Of a stretch of DNA of 64,000 nt, positions 12,470-27,900 are shown piece after piece. A program made the translations under genes and the position numbers. A model generated the notes under the pieces. The model did not search any database, was not told the DNA's origin, and worked only from the letters and a program-made list of their open reading frames with translations. This DNA is from Octopus vulgaris (Eukaryota). Location of the stretch: the NCBI GenBank assembly GCA_951406725.2, contig OX597840.1, forward strand, positions 33,728,001 through 33,792,000, in the 5' to 3' direction. The first letter of the stretch is position 1; the number at the start of each line of letters is the position of its first letter.

Positions 12470-15400
12470 TCATTTGAGTTAGGGTCACAAGCCTAAGCAA
12501 CACAATAAAAAATAGGGCAGAGGTGTGAGAGATGTGAAGGTAACATAAAGATTTGGGTTTGCAAAATAAGGGACTCACCTGTTCGTAAGAATTTGATTCC
12601 GTATGATGGTTACTCATGAATATGGAACATCCAAGACCTCCGGTGTAAAGATCGATCAGTTGTGATAATTCCTTGTAATTCCAAATACCAGCACCCATCC
12701 TAAACAGAAAAGATAGATCTTATGTTAATAAATAAATACATCAGAATATAGGAGCAAGCAGGACTGTGTGGTAAGAAGCTTGCTTCCCGACCATATGGTT
12801 TTGGGTTCTGTCCCACTGTGTGGCACCTTGGGCAAGTGTCTTCTACTATAGTCTCGCGCTGATCTAAGCCTTGTGAGCAAAGCTGGTTAGCTTTCATCCT
12901 TTCGGGGTCGATTAAATAAGTACCAGTTAATCACATGGGTTTGATGTAATGGACTTAATCACCTTGTCGGTCCTTGTTTGTCCCCTCTATGTTTAGCCCC
13001 CCGTGGGCAATAAAGAAATAAATATTTCCAAGCTATCTTCTGACTTTCACAATTTTTCTAAGGCGGCGAGCTGGCAGAAACGTTAGCACGCCAGGCGAAA
13101 ACCTTAGCGGTATTTCATCTGCTGTTACGTTCTGAGTTCAAATTCGGCCAAGGTCGACTTAGCCTTTCATCCTTTTGGGGTGAATAAATTAAGTACCAGT
13201 TACGCACTGGGGTCGATGTAATCGACTTAATCCATTTGCCTGGCCTTGTTTGTCTCCTCTGTGTTTAGCCCCTTGTGGGTAGTAAAAGAAATAGGTTTTG
13301 CGTCTGCCGTTATGTTCTGAGTTCAAATTCCGCCGAGGTCGACTTTGCCTTTCATCCTTTCGGGGTTGATTAAATAAGTACCAGTTATGCACTGGGGTCG
13401 ATATAATCAACTTAATCCGTTTGTCCCCTCTATATTTAGCCCCTTGTGGGCAATAAAGAAATAGGAAACTGAAAGAAGCCTGTCGAGTGTATATGCAAGT
13501 GTGTGTCTTTGTATTTGTGTTTGTCCTCCACCACCACCACCACTTGACAACCGGTGTTGGTGTTTTCACATCACAATAACTTAGCGGTTCAGCAAAAGAA
13601 ACTGATTGAATAAATACCATGCTTTACAAAAAAACAAAAAAAAAAAACAAGTACTGGGGTTGATTCATTCAACAAAGATTCTTCAAGTCAGTGCCCCAGT
13701 ATGGCCACAGTCTAATGATTGAAACAAGTGTGGTTGTGTGGCAAGAAACTCACTTCCCAATCACGATGATGATGATGATGCTGATGAAAATAAACAGCAG
13801 ATTGCATCCGAACGTGGCCGTTGCCAGCGCCGCCCCCGACAGGCCTCTGTGCCAGTGGCACGTAAAAAGCACCCACTACACCCACAGAGTGGTTGGTGTT
13901 AGTGGAGGCGCAATGGCCTAGTGGTTAGGGCAGCGGATTCACGGTCGTAGGATCGCGGTTTCGATTCCCAGACCGGGCGTTGTGAGTGTTTATTGAGCGA
14001 AAACACCAAAAGCTCCCCGAGGCTCCGGCAGGGCGTGGTGGCATCCCCTGTTGTGCTCTTTCACCTCAACTTTCTCTCACTCTTTCTTCCTGTTTCTTGA
14101 GTAATGCTGTTTCTATCCTACTCTCAATTTTGGTCAACTTGTGCCGCAGGGTCTCGGAGGAGATGGTGTTAGTTGAAGGCAGGGGATGGTGGTGATCCCT
14201 GCTGTACTCTTTCACCACAACTTTCTCTCACTCTTACTTCCTGTTTCTGTTGTAACTGTATTTCAAAGGGCCGGCCTTGTCACTCTCTGTGTCACGCTGA
14301 ATATCTCCGAGAACTACGTTAAGGGTACACGTGTCTGTGGAGTGCTCAGCCACTTACACGTTAATTTCACGAGCAGGCTGTTCTGTTGATTCGGATCAAC
14401 CGGAACCCTCATTGTCGTAACCGACGGAGTGCTTCCATCCATGGTTGGCGTTAGGAAGGGCATCCAGCCGTAGAAACACTGCCAGATCAGACTGGAGCCT
14501 GGTGCAGCCTCCTGGCTTCCCAGACCCCGGTTGAACCGTCCAACCCATGCTAGCATGGAAAGCAGACACTTAAACGATGATGATGATGATGTTATACAGC
14601 TGACTAACACACTTGAAGAAGGTGCTCCAGCATGGTCACCAGCATAAAAGGGGAAACGGAAAAGAAAAGAAAAGGAACAAAATGGAAACTCACTTTGTAA
14701 GGATATCAGTGAACAGAGGTAGATATGGTTTCAGGTCGTCAGGTAGATGTGAGGTGTCGGCTAGGAGGTTCATGTAGGTGATCTCGTTAGTCGGTTGCGC
14801 ACAGCAGTAAATAGGGACACCACTGGCTGTTTAATGAAGAAATTAGCATTAAGTCAATTTAGGGACACAAATAAGAAACAATGAAACAAGATATGAGGGG
14901 CCGCTGAAAAATTTCTGGTTTTAAAGGTATCGAGAAAAGGGCCTGGTTGGAGGCCCCACCTTCTGAGTTCTTTTACAGGGTTTAGAAAAACTAAATGACT
15001 GCTCCAATAAGTGTGTGAATCTGAGAGGGGAATATCTCTTATATAAAATCCATTCTGTCTGTCTCTGTGTGTCTTCTAGGATCTCAGGCATCCTCCATCC
15101 GATTGCGCACAAATTTGATATGTAAATACCGACGGTATCAGGGCGTGTATAAGTCTTGAAAAAATTACAAAAATTGATTCCAGGTGAGAATGCGATCGAT
15201 AAAGCCATTTTTGTCCTGCTTTTCTTCCGTCAACCTGTACATAACTGCACCTTCCATTTTTTGTTGTTTTTGTACTGCTTAAAGGCACGTTTCTTTCCTG
15301 CCAAGCTTACTATTTAAACCATGTTTGTGTTCCCCCAGTCAACAGCCTTATCATTACTGGTACTTTAAACTCTTCGGTTGCATATTTGTGTGAATAAAAT

Positions 15401-18400
15401 CGTTTTTCTTTGGAATAGAAAAGAAGTCTATCTTTATTTCTTCTTTTGCTGGTGTCTCAAATTTAGGTTAAATCAGTGTTTCTCAAAGGGGAGGCCTATG
15501 GGATGGTCGGACATGTTGTTTTGGGAAAATTTGGTTTAAATGTTTGACAACTCAGCACTGTCCATTGGACGGGGGGGGGGGGGTCTGCTCGTGTTGAATA
15601 AAATCATAATTAACTGGTCCTCTTGTATTTTCTTTTACCCAAAACCAGGAACTATTTAACAACCACTCATAAAATGAGAGAAGGGGTTACGACTTTGAAG
15701 GAGATTACAGTTCTGTACTTCTATGAAATCAATAAATATCTCTTCTGAAAAAGTCTCAAACATTTTGGAATGCATCTTGCGTATAACCCTAATCAAGAAT
15801 ATGGTACCCTGGTACTTACATGCATGGTGAATTGTTGTTGGTACCCTGACTATGTCACGCTCGATATCTGCGACATGAATTGTTGGAAGACAAGAGAGAT
15901 CCTCGGTACACATCTGTTTCTCCAGCAACTCCAGACCTAAGGAATCGGTAACAAACAAAAAAACAATGTAAAGTAAAAGCAATTTAATCCTTTAGTATTC
16001 AAACAGGTCAAATATTCTTCCTCTTCCTCCTCCTAAAAGAGCCCCTTATTTATAGGGCCCCTGTATGACACCTACCCCTTTTATGTAGCTGCATCTTGTC
16101 TTCCTCGCTCAGTGTCGATCTAATCGCAGAGAGACGTGTGTTCTCCTCTTCCTGAAGTTTCTTGTCGTAATCCTCATCCGGTCGCATCACCAAAGTCAGC
16201 TTGTGTGGATTGTCCTAACGGAACAGGGATAGAAACGGTAAATCATCACTATCATCAACATTATCAGTATTATCAGCATTATCAACATTATCAGTATTAT
16301 CAACATAATCAACATTATCAGTATTATCAACATTATCGACATTATCAACATTACCAACATTATCAGTATTATCAACATTATCAGTATTATCAACATTATC
16401 AGTATTATTAACGTTATCAATATTATCAACATTATCAGCATTATCAGTATTATCAACATTATCAGTATTATTAACGTTATCAATATTATCAACATTATCA
16501 GCATTATCAGTATTATCAACATTATCAGTATTATTAACGTTATCAACATTATCAACATTATCAGTATTATCAACATTATCAGTATTATTAACGTTATCAA
16601 TATTATCAACATTATCAGCATTATCAGTATTATCAACATTATCAGTATTATTAACGTTATCAACATTATCAGCATTATCAGTATTATCAACATTATCAGT
16701 ATTATTAACGTTATCAATATTATCAACATTATCAGCATTATCAGTATTATTAACATTATCAACATTATCAATTTATCAACATTATCAATGTTATCAACAT
16801 TATCAATGTTATCAACATTGTTGTGCAACATCTACTTCCGGCAGGAGAAGTGAGACCATAACCCTTGGCCTATGCCAGGGGTGTAACCAGCCCACATATG
16901 CATACCTTTCCTTCTTTGGACACAAAACTTTGCTTGTGAAGACCTGTTGAGACAAGTGAAATCGAAATTGAACCAAATTTGATGACTGGTACCTGTGGCA
17001 GTGGAGCGCTAACAGCTCCATCCGAGCAAGATCACTGCCAGAGCGGCTGTCTGGCTTCCGTGCCAGTGGCACGTAAAAAGCACCATTTGAGCGTGATCGT
17101 TACCAGCATCGCCTTACTGGCGCTTGTGCCAGTGGGCACGTGAACAAAATATTCAAGCATGGCCGTTTCCAGTACCACCAGACTGGCCCTCGTGCCGGTG
17201 GCACATAAAAGCGCCCACTACACTCTTGAAGTGGTTGGTGTTAGGAAGGGCATCCACCTGTAGAAACTCTGCCAGATCAGATTGAAGTCTGGGGCAGCCA
17301 TCTGGTTCGCCAGTCCTCAGTCAAGTCGTCCAACACATGCTAGCATGGAAAGTGGACGTTAAATGATGATGATGATGATGCATCAATCAAAAAGGGTGAA
17401 AATTAAATGATTCTGCAGAGTTTGGGTAACATAGAGGGAGGAATTGAATAAACAGGACTAATGAATTAATGGGACTAATGATATAGAGAGACACTGTTTA
17501 AAGACATGCTGAGGTAAACTGACACATTGGGATTAATGACTTATAGAGACTAATGACAAATTGGAGACAATGTAATGGTCTCCTCAGGAAAGCTGAGACT
17601 TTGGGACTAATGAATTAATGAGACTAATGACATACTGGGACTAATGAATTAATGAGATTAATAACATAATGACATGTATGTAACAAACTGAGGTTAATGA
17701 CAGACTAATGTCATATTCTGAGGGTTGAGAGCTCAAACCGCACCCTAAGTTACCAAATCAAAACCCTCTAAAAAGGACTTACTTTGAAATACTGTTTGAC
17801 TTTGTCCTGCAAATATTTGGGATTGGCTTTCAGTTCTTTGGTGAATTCCTGCAGTCTGTTATTGATGCTGATGCCATCGACAGGGTTACCATCATGATTC
17901 CACAGACAAGAAACACCCTGGCAAAAAAAACCAAAAGGCAAACATGAAAATACACAAGGAAGTGAAGTGGAGAAGATACGAGGAACATTCTGGAAGTTTT
18001 GAGACGTTTTTAAGAGAGACGGTTCTAACCGTCATAGATTATTCTAATCTATATCTATAAAACAGTCCTTGGATGAAAATTGTATGGACATTTTGCTTTG
18101 ACGGTGAATGGTGGCCAAACCAAGGCTAGGATCAAGCTGAAAATTGGCAGGGATACTAAATGAGTGGTGAGGATGTGACCTGCGATGGTTAAAATTCGCA
18201 AGCTATAAAGAAGTGGTTGCTATGGCAAAAAGAGTGATTTTTTATCGATTCAAGGTGGCCCAGAACCCCTCTAGGTTTGTGCGATTGGCTTTTAATGCCC
18301 AGCAGCATGCACTGCAGGCTGCTGTGCTTAATAAACATACATTTTATCACGAAATTCCGGCTACTAGGAAAAGATTTTTCATTGTGAAAAAACGAGTGGT

Positions 18401-18892
18401 TTTTGCCCTCATTTTCTTTTTAATCTTTTTATAAAAGTGAAAGGATTTCGTCAATTTATTTCTGCTGTCCACTTATGACGGTGATTCAGTTGACTAGGAA
18501 AACTATACGTGATGGATATCCAATACCAAACTATCTTAATCTACACATTGAAACTGCATTAAACTTTGGCAAGCTTACCTTTACCTATTCTGAGTTACTT
18601 GAAATTTGCCTTTTGAAGTTAAACGATATCACAAACATATTTTAATTAGCCTAAAGTTTATTTATTCTTTTAGGAGAGACAGTTACAACTGCCCTAGAAT
18701 ATTGTAATTTTAATATACAGTAATATAGGCGCAGGAGTGGCTGTGTGGTAAGTAGCTTGCTTACCAACCAGATGGTTCCAGAATCAGTCCCACTGCGTGG
18801 AACCTTGGGCAAGTGTCTTCTACTATAGCCTCGGGCTGACCAAAGCCTTGTGAGTGGATTTGGTAGACGGAAACTGAAAGAATCCTGTCGTA

Positions 18893-18949
<57 letters not shown>

Positions 18950-19518
18950 ATATGTTTGTATGTTTGTGTTTGTCCCCCCAACATCGCTTGACAACCGATG
19001 CTGGTGTGTTTACCTCCCCGTAACTTAGCAGTTCGGCAAAAAGAGGCCGATAGAATAAGTACTAGGCTTACAAAGAAAAAGTCATGGGGTCGATTTGCTC
19101 GACTAAAAAGGTGGTGCTCCAGCATGGCCGCAGTCAAATGACTGAAACAAGTAAAAGAGTCAAAAGAGAGTAAAAGAGTATAAACATGAGTTTGGCATCT
19201 AAACTAAATGAACAGCACAACGGATAAAGTTGGTTCTGTCATCAGTCGAGTGATGAGCAATCAGTCGAGTGATGAGCAATCACTCACCATCATAAGAGAG
19301 AATCCAAAGTTGCTTGATTGGTGTTTAACGCCTAATTCAATGCGGTGTAGGATGGCATCAACCTGGTCCTGGTCAAAACCATTTCTATAAGAAAGGATAA
19401 ATAACATAAGATATATAGCAACCTATATGTCATACTTAAGGAATGAAAGAATGAAGGAATGAAAGAATGAAGGAATGAAAGAATGAAGGAATGAATGAAT
19501 GAAGGAATGAAAGAATGA

Positions 19519-19565
<47 letters not shown>

Positions 19566-20119
19566 CATATGGGGGGGGGGCTGAACAGTTTCTGGCTTTG
19601 GGTAAAACAAAATACAGGAGGATCAATTAATTATGATTTTAATTAACATGGTTGTGACAATGATGATGGTGATGGTGATGATGGTGGTGGTGATGATAAT
19701 GATGGTGATGACAATGATGATGGTGATGATGATGATGATGGTGGTGATGATAATGATGGTGATGACAATGATGATGGTGATGATGATGATGATGATGATG
19801 GTGGTGATGATGATGATGTTGATGACAATGATGATGGTGATGATGATGGTGGTGATGATGATGATGATTGTGATGATTGTGATGGCTAAGAAAACCAGAC
19901 AGGTGTGAAACTCACTCGATCACTTTATCCAGAGTCTCTTCGATAATGTTTGTGACGCGTTCAATATCATTTTCACTGATTCCTTGAAGACCAACAGAGA
20001 ATGAACTTTCCAATGTGTTACCCTGGTACCTGTAAAGAGGCAGAAAGATAAGAGAGAGAGAGGAGAGAGAGTGTGTGAGAGAGGACATAAAGGTATTTTA
20101 TCATCAATATATACATACG

Positions 20120-20150
<31 letters not shown>

Positions 20151-23100
20151 TTATAATACAACAAACTAAATTTGTTTCTCCATTTTCTTATTTGTAATAT
20201 AAATTAAAGGTAAAAATATTTCTTTACCTTCACCCATTTAATGAAATAAATAAGTTTAATTGCATTGCAATTAAAAACATTAATGTATTAAGAATCTGGG
20301 TACTTTACCAACAGTATATTGGATAAATACTATCCCTTAGTGGGTTACACCCATAACCCCTAACTTACTTTGTGGTATATATATATATACATATATATAT
20401 ATGAGCAAAACGCCCTCCCGTCCAATGGACGGTGCTGAATCAAATCTGCTGAATAAAAAGCAATCAGTGTTTTCTTTTCATTAAAAAATAATTAAGCATG
20501 CCTTTATTTCAATAAAATTTTCGGTTTTGTTAAACGAAGTTAAGGCAAAAAAAAAACCTTCTTGAGAAACCAAATAGTCTTTCCTTCCTTCATGCCAAGT
20601 TTGAAGAAAATATCTCTTTTGCATCTTACTTTTTTGGTCTCTTAAATATACTGCATTTTGTGGCATTATTTCAATCCAGCCAACTTTTTTTGTGCAAACT
20701 GCACGTGCATTTTTCTCGCGTACGTGTAGTATCGATCGCAACAGCTGATGTACTTGTGCGTACAAATGCACGTTCCCACGGCTTTATCGATCGTATTCTC
20801 ACCTGGAATCGGTTTTTGTAATTTTTTCAAGACTTATACATGCCCTGAGACCGTCGGTATCTACATATCAAATTTGAGCGCAATCGGATGGAGGATGCCC
20901 GAGATCCTAGAAGACACACAGACAGACAGAACGGACTTTATATAATATATATATATATATGTCTTGTGGGTAGTAAAGATATATATCGTTACCAACGTCG
21001 CTTCACTGCAACTGTGCCGGTGGCACATGTAAAAGGATTCAAGTGAGGTCATTGCCAGTACCGCCTGACTGGCCCCCGTGCAGGTGGCACGTAAAAAGCA
21101 CCCACTACACTCTCGGAGTGGTTGGCATTAGGAAGGGTATCCAGCTGCAGAAACTCTGCCAGATCAAGACTGGAGCCTGGTGCAGCCATCTGGTTCGCCA
21201 GACCTCAGTCAAAATCGCCCAACCCATGCTAGCATGGAAAGCAGACGTTAAACGATGATGATGATGATATATTATATACACACACATATAACCCTATACA
21301 AACACATCTCAATAAAACAAAACAGATAAGATACTTACCCAGTGCCAGGAGAATAGTCAGACCCTAAATTCGCTTCGATTAACGATTGATAGAAGGGAGA
21401 ACATTCGCTCTCTGTGAGTAAGGCACCAATAATGGACAGCGTGGTTGATTCTTTCAGATCGGTAATACTACAATGAAAGTACCAAGATGTTAAACAATAA
21501 TGTCAGATACTCAGTTCTATGACAAAGGAATTCTAAACACCAATTCTAAAACACCAATGAAGAATATTTTAATCCTTTAGTAATCAAATTACTGTAAATC
21601 CTCGAGTATAATCCACATTTTTTTCCCCAAAATTTAAAGGTCAAAATCCCCAGTGCGTATTATACACGAGGTTAAAAATGAAAATTATTTCCTAAGCAAT
21701 GTCTGAGTCTCTATTTGCTGTCCGGCAATGTCTATTCAGACGCATTTTGTGATGTCAGGCGCGAAAATACCTTAAGCTAAGCCTGAAAGCAATGAAGAAT
21801 CATCTATAACTTGCAATAAGCAACATTTATTAAAATAAAAGTATTCAGAACACAGAATAACATGCAACAAAAACAATTTGCAAACATATTTACATTCCCA
21901 TATAACAGTTAAGAACATCACCATTATTGTATTACGCATGTGCGGAAGTGTTTGTTTGACTAGGTGCTGCTGGCTTAATTACACACGACTCAAGTTAGAG
22001 GAGTGGTGCATATTATACACAAGGTCTAGGTTTTTCAGAGGTACAGCTCCCTAAAAATCCCCTGCGTATTATACTCAAGGATTTACGGTACTCAGTCACA
22101 TGTGATGCTTATTTATTAAAAAGCGCCCATGCCGGTACTGCGTAAATGTGCCCATACCGGTGATAAATAAGCACACCCAAGCCAGTGCTGTATCACATAA
22201 AAGCATCTCTGCCAGTACTGTGTAAACACAACCATGTCAATGCTGCATAAATACCTATTTCTTTACTACCCACAAGGGGCCAAACACAGAGAGGACAAAC
22301 AAGGACAGACAAATGGATTAAGTCGATTATATCGAGTCCAGTGCGTAACTGGTACTTGCTTAATCGACCCCCGAAAGGATGAAAGGCAAAGTCGACCTCG
22401 GCGGAATTTGAACTCAGAACGTAATGGCAGACGAAATACCGCTAAGCGTTTCGCCCGGCGTGCTAACGATTCTGCCAGCTCACTGTCTTGAGTACCACTT
22501 ACGCACTGGAGTCGATATAATCGACTTAATCCGTTTGGCTGTCCTTGTTTGTCCTCTCTGTGTTTAGCCCCTTGTGGGGCAGTAAAGAAATAGGTATTTC
22601 ATCTGCCACTACATTCTGAGTTCAAATTCCACCGAGGTCGACTTTGCCTTTCATCCTTTCGGGGTCGATAAATTAAGTACCAGTTACGCACTGGGGTCGA
22701 TGTAATCGACTTAATCCGTTTGTCTGTCCTTGTTTGTCCCTTCTATGTTTAGCCCCTTGTGGGTAGTAAAGAAATAAAAAAAACACTTGCTCAAAGTGCC
22801 ATACAGTGGGATTGAACCCAAAACTGTGTGGTTGAAAAGCAAACATTTTAACCGCATGGATGGACAATATATTAATAAAACAAGGGGTAAAAACACAGGA
22901 AAAATCAGAAAAACACTTACTTTGAGAGGAGATAACTTACTGAGGCCGTGGTTTGTTTCTGCGGATCTGGGGACATCGGGTCACTGCGGCACGTAACGGA
23001 ATGATGTTGCTGGAATGTGGGAGAGAGAGGTAGAGAGGTACAGTAAGAAAGTGTGAGAGGGGAGAGAGAGGGGGAGAGGGAGGGGGAGGGAGGTGGCCTG

Positions 23101-23693
23101 AATGTTACGTTCTGTTTCACGCTGAATCTCCCTGAGAACTATGTTATGGGTATGCGTGACTGTGGAGTACTCAGCCACTTGCATGTTAATTTCATGAGCA
23201 GGCTGTTCCTTGTTGTTGTGACCCGACAGAGAGCCGGGGGGGGGGGACATATCTGTCTCCCCACCTCTCACACTCTCTCTATCACTCACTTTTGCCCTCT
23301 CTCTCACTCTCATTCTCTCCCTCTCACCCTCTCTCCCACTCTCTCTCGCATTCTTACCCTCTCTCTCTCTCTTACCCTCTCTCTCCCTTGCCCCTCTCTC
23401 ACTCTCTCTTATTCTCACCCTCTCACTCAAGCAGGGTAACCCCTGTTGTACTCTTTCGCCCCAACTTTCTCTCACTCTTTCTTCCTGTTTCTTGAGTAAC
23501 GCTGCAATGGACTGGCGTCCCGTCCAGCTGGGGGGAACACATATGTCACAGAAAGCGGGAAACTGGGCCCATAAGCCTGGCTAGGCTTGAAAAGGGGGCA
23601 TAAAAATTTTTTTTTAAATATAAACACATTACATATACACACACTTTATATATATACATATATATATATATATATGTATATATATGTATATGT

Positions 23694-23750
<57 letters not shown>

Positions 23751-24304
23751 GACAACAATCTATAAAGCAGCTGCTACTCACAGGCTCCGTCCACCTCGTC
23801 TCTGAAGGAACGGCAGTTCCTGGGTCAATGGCAGAGAAGTGCTTCAAATAATTGCTGTTGATGTACTCAAGGTGGTCTTCAAGGGGAAAATTGCCGTACG
23901 TAACAAACCTACAAGAATAGACATATATAAATCATCATCATCATTGTCATCATCATCACCATCATCATCATCATTGTCATCATCATCACCATCACCATCA
24001 TTATCGTGTAATATCCCTTTTTTTCCATGCTGGCATGGGTTGGACAGTTTGACAAGAGCTGGCCAAACTCTAACTGTTTGTTGTGGTGTGGTTTCTACAT
24101 CTGGGTGCCGTTCCTAATGGCAACCACTAAACAGAATGTGCTGGGTGCTTTTTCCATACCACCAGCATGGGTGCATTTATGCAGCACCTGCACAGGTACA
24201 TTTACGCGGCACCAATACCTGAAAGAACCAACCTGTTTATGAGGAAGACAGTGATATATATATATATATATATTGTCCGCTTGCTGTACATGGTACAATC
24301 ATGG

Positions 24305-24342
<38 letters not shown>

Positions 24343-24935
24343 ATCAATATTAATTTTATTGACTTTTTGTAGGGTTATACATTTTAAGGAACTGAACTGT
24401 GTTTTTTTTATATATATATGTCTGCTTTAAATTTAAATGTGAGTGTACATGTATTTCCTTGATGTTAGTTATGGAACTAGGAATCCAATATGGAAAATAA
24501 CTGTGTTTGTTAATGTATACTGATATATTTTGTTTATATTGTATTATTGTATTAATGTGTATATATATATGTGTAGAATTATGAGTGTCTATGCACACAT
24601 TTTTATATTTTATATTTTTATATTTATATGTAAATTTTTTTCATACTTATATTAAATTCTCTGAAGAGGCCGTGAGACATCCTTGTTAATGTCTCATTTA
24701 TACCTGCTTTATATGGCTAATAGGTTAAATGAGACATACTTGTCTTCACGGCCGAAACAGCTGTCAGATATGATGTAATTGTATTTTATATTTCTATTTC
24801 TATGTCTAGCTATATTTACAATATATTATGTATAATGTCATTGCTGTTATGTAATGGTGTAATAAAGTATTGATTGGGTATTATCTGATGGTTGATGATT
24901 GATTGATTTAAGTATGTTTCTCCATTTTCTCATTT

Positions 24936-24975
<40 letters not shown>

Positions 24976-27900
24976 TGCAGCTGTGAGGGAAATCATCAAA
25001 TCACCATCCTTAAGTTATCAGAGGATGTGCAGATTAGTTATGGTTCAGTTCAGTTCATTATCACTGAAGCGTAAGGATGCTTAACAAGCATCCAACTGCT
25101 AGAAATAAGAGCTAAAGTCTTAAATTAATCCACCGTGCTGCACCAAGATAACAGAGAAAAAACAGTATGTGAGGAAAACAGAAAGAATTAAAACATTTAA
25201 CAGCACAAAATAAAAATATTATGCAATTAGGGATATCCACAAACCAGGTTTCGGCTTTTGGGTATTTAAACCCTGAGCCTCACCAGTGTGGCCTACCGGG
25301 TAATAATCCATAACTGTCACGTTAAACTCTGACTACGCAACTGATTTTGTTTTGCGCCAAAAATAGAGCACATGGTGCATAAAATTTTATGAGCAAAACA
25401 TTAAAACACTGAGATTTGAAATCAGATGTCACTACTGTTTGTATCATCTGTGGATAATAAGACAGTAAGCACATAAATGTGAAACAAGGTGGGGGTAAAA
25501 TAGTACTCGAATGCCAGGGGTAGAGTACCATAAATCCTCGAGTATAGTCCGCCCTTGAGTATAATACACAGGAGATTTTTAGGGGGCTGTACCTCTGAAA
25601 AACCTAAACCTTGTGTATAATACGCATCCTTTCTCTAACTTGAGTCGTGCATAATTAAGCCAGCAGCACCTAGTCGAACAAACACTTCCGCGCATGCGTA
25701 ATACAATAATTGTGATGTTCTTAACTGTTATATGGGAATGTAAATATGTTTGCAAATTGTTTTTGTTGCATGTTATTCTGTGTTCTGAATACTTTTATTT
25801 TAATAAATGTTGCTTACTGCAAGTTATGGAAGATTCTTTTATGACTTCATTGCTTTCAGGTTTAGCTTAAGGCATTTTCACACCCGACATCACAAAATGC
25901 GTCTGAATAAACATTGCCGGACAGCAAATAGAGACTCGGACATTGCTTAGGAAATATTTTTTCATTTTTAACCTCGTATATAATACGCACTAGGGATTTT
26001 GACCATTAAATTTTGGGGAAAAAATGTGGATTATACTCGAGGATTTATGGTAATGTGCTTTATTATTATTAAGGCTGCAAAACCATCAGAGAAATCTGCT
26101 ACTCAGAGTTTCACATTCCTGTTCATCGGACAGTTTAGATTGAGAAGGTCCAAGGTCTCATGCGTGAGGTGGGACTGAACCCAGAACCATGTGGGTGCTT
26201 TTATGCAGCACCAACCAGCATAGGTGCATTTATGTGACACCAGCACCCAGCCGGAAAAAAACATATAAGAAAACCTAGACAAGATGGTCATGGCTGGAAA
26301 GTTTCTGATGATAGATCTTCTCCATCTCTGAGTTGGCCTAGGGCTAAACAACAACAGTAAACAAGAACAACAAAAAACATAGTGAATAATGACTTACTTT
26401 GAGTTGCTAGGGTGGTAATGACTTTGATGGAAGTTAACGAGATCCTTCCAGGTGAGATCAGGTATGAAAGCAGGGTCGCCACCACTAACGACACCATAGG
26501 TGTGACTAGGGTAGAGTTTGTTCTCCAGAGCTTGTCTGTAGATGTTTTGATTGCTGGACTGTAATTAAGGAGAGAAAGAGAGAGAGAGAGAGATACGTAA
26601 GAGAGTTGGAGAGAGATGGGGATGGGGGAGGAGAGAATGTGAAACAGAGTGAGTGAAAGAGAGAGAGAGAGTGAGAGAAAGTGTGAAAGAGAAAGGCAGA
26701 AAAATGTGTGGGTAGCAGGAAGAGAGGGAAATAGTGAGGAACCTTATGATGTGTGTGTGTGTGTAAGAGAGAGTCCAGTACTGGATCAATCCCCAAATCA
26801 AATCAGTTCATGCCAGTCACAAAGCCAAACATCCCTAAAAGTTTCATCTGAATCCATCCAGCAGTTCTTGAGAAATCTTTTCCACAGACAAACAAACAAA
26901 CATGACTAAAAACAATACCTCCGCCTTCGCTACGGCAGAGGTAATAATTCTTTCTACTAAAGGCACAAGGCCCTAATTTTTGGGAGAGGAGACTAGTCAA
27001 TTACATCAACCCCAGTGTTTCATTGGTACTTAATTTATCGGCACCAGAATGACGGAAAGCAAAATCGACCTCGGCAGATCACCATGTTGCACACATATGG
27101 TTGTGATGCATGTGCTTGGTGTACCCTTATCAGATGGGTAGTCATGATGGGTATACTGGGCTTTGTATATTTGTACCCCAGTGTCACTTTGAGGGCATGA
27201 ACTGCTCTCTCACTCAATAATAATAATAATAATAATCTTTATTTTCAGGGAGTGGGGTCAGTCGATTACATCGACCCCAGTACTCACCTGGTACCTATTT
27301 TATCAACCCCAAAATGGGTTGATAAGACGTATAGACAGACGAAATGCTACTAAGCATTTCGTCTGACATGCTGACCACCCCGACCAGCTTGCCACCTTAT
27401 CAATAACAACAATTATAACAATTGGAGATTACAGAATAGTGATATGGTAAGATGGAATTGGTAAGAAGGAAAATGTTTAGAGTCACTTACAAATACACCC
27501 TTCATTTCATTGAAGACAACCCCTTTGAAGATAATCGGGGATTCTGTGTCGTTGAGGTCCTTGTGTTCCAGTCTCCAGCCTTCTTGACTACAATGGGAAA
27601 ATACAATCACTAAATATATAGTATTATATATATCATATAGTATTATATAATAATAGACTTTAAATGATGATGACAATGATGATGATGATGTAAATGAAGA
27701 AAATGAATGGAAACTTAAAGGACGATTCTGACTTGAGAACAGTGGAGAAAAGCTTTTGATAATTTGTGCTATGTGGAGGCAAAATGGCCCAGCGGTTAGG
27801 GCAGCAGACTTGCAGTCGGAGGATCGCGGTTTCGATTCCCAGACTGGGCGTTGTGTGTGTTTATTGAGCGAAAATACCTAAAAGCTCCACGAGGCTCTGG

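Noticed and set aside
16136-16831. QHY-repeat and ILIML-repeat ORFs
   Set aside because: 9-bp intronic minisatellite next to PITRM1 exon 14; no splice support and not needed for the reading frame
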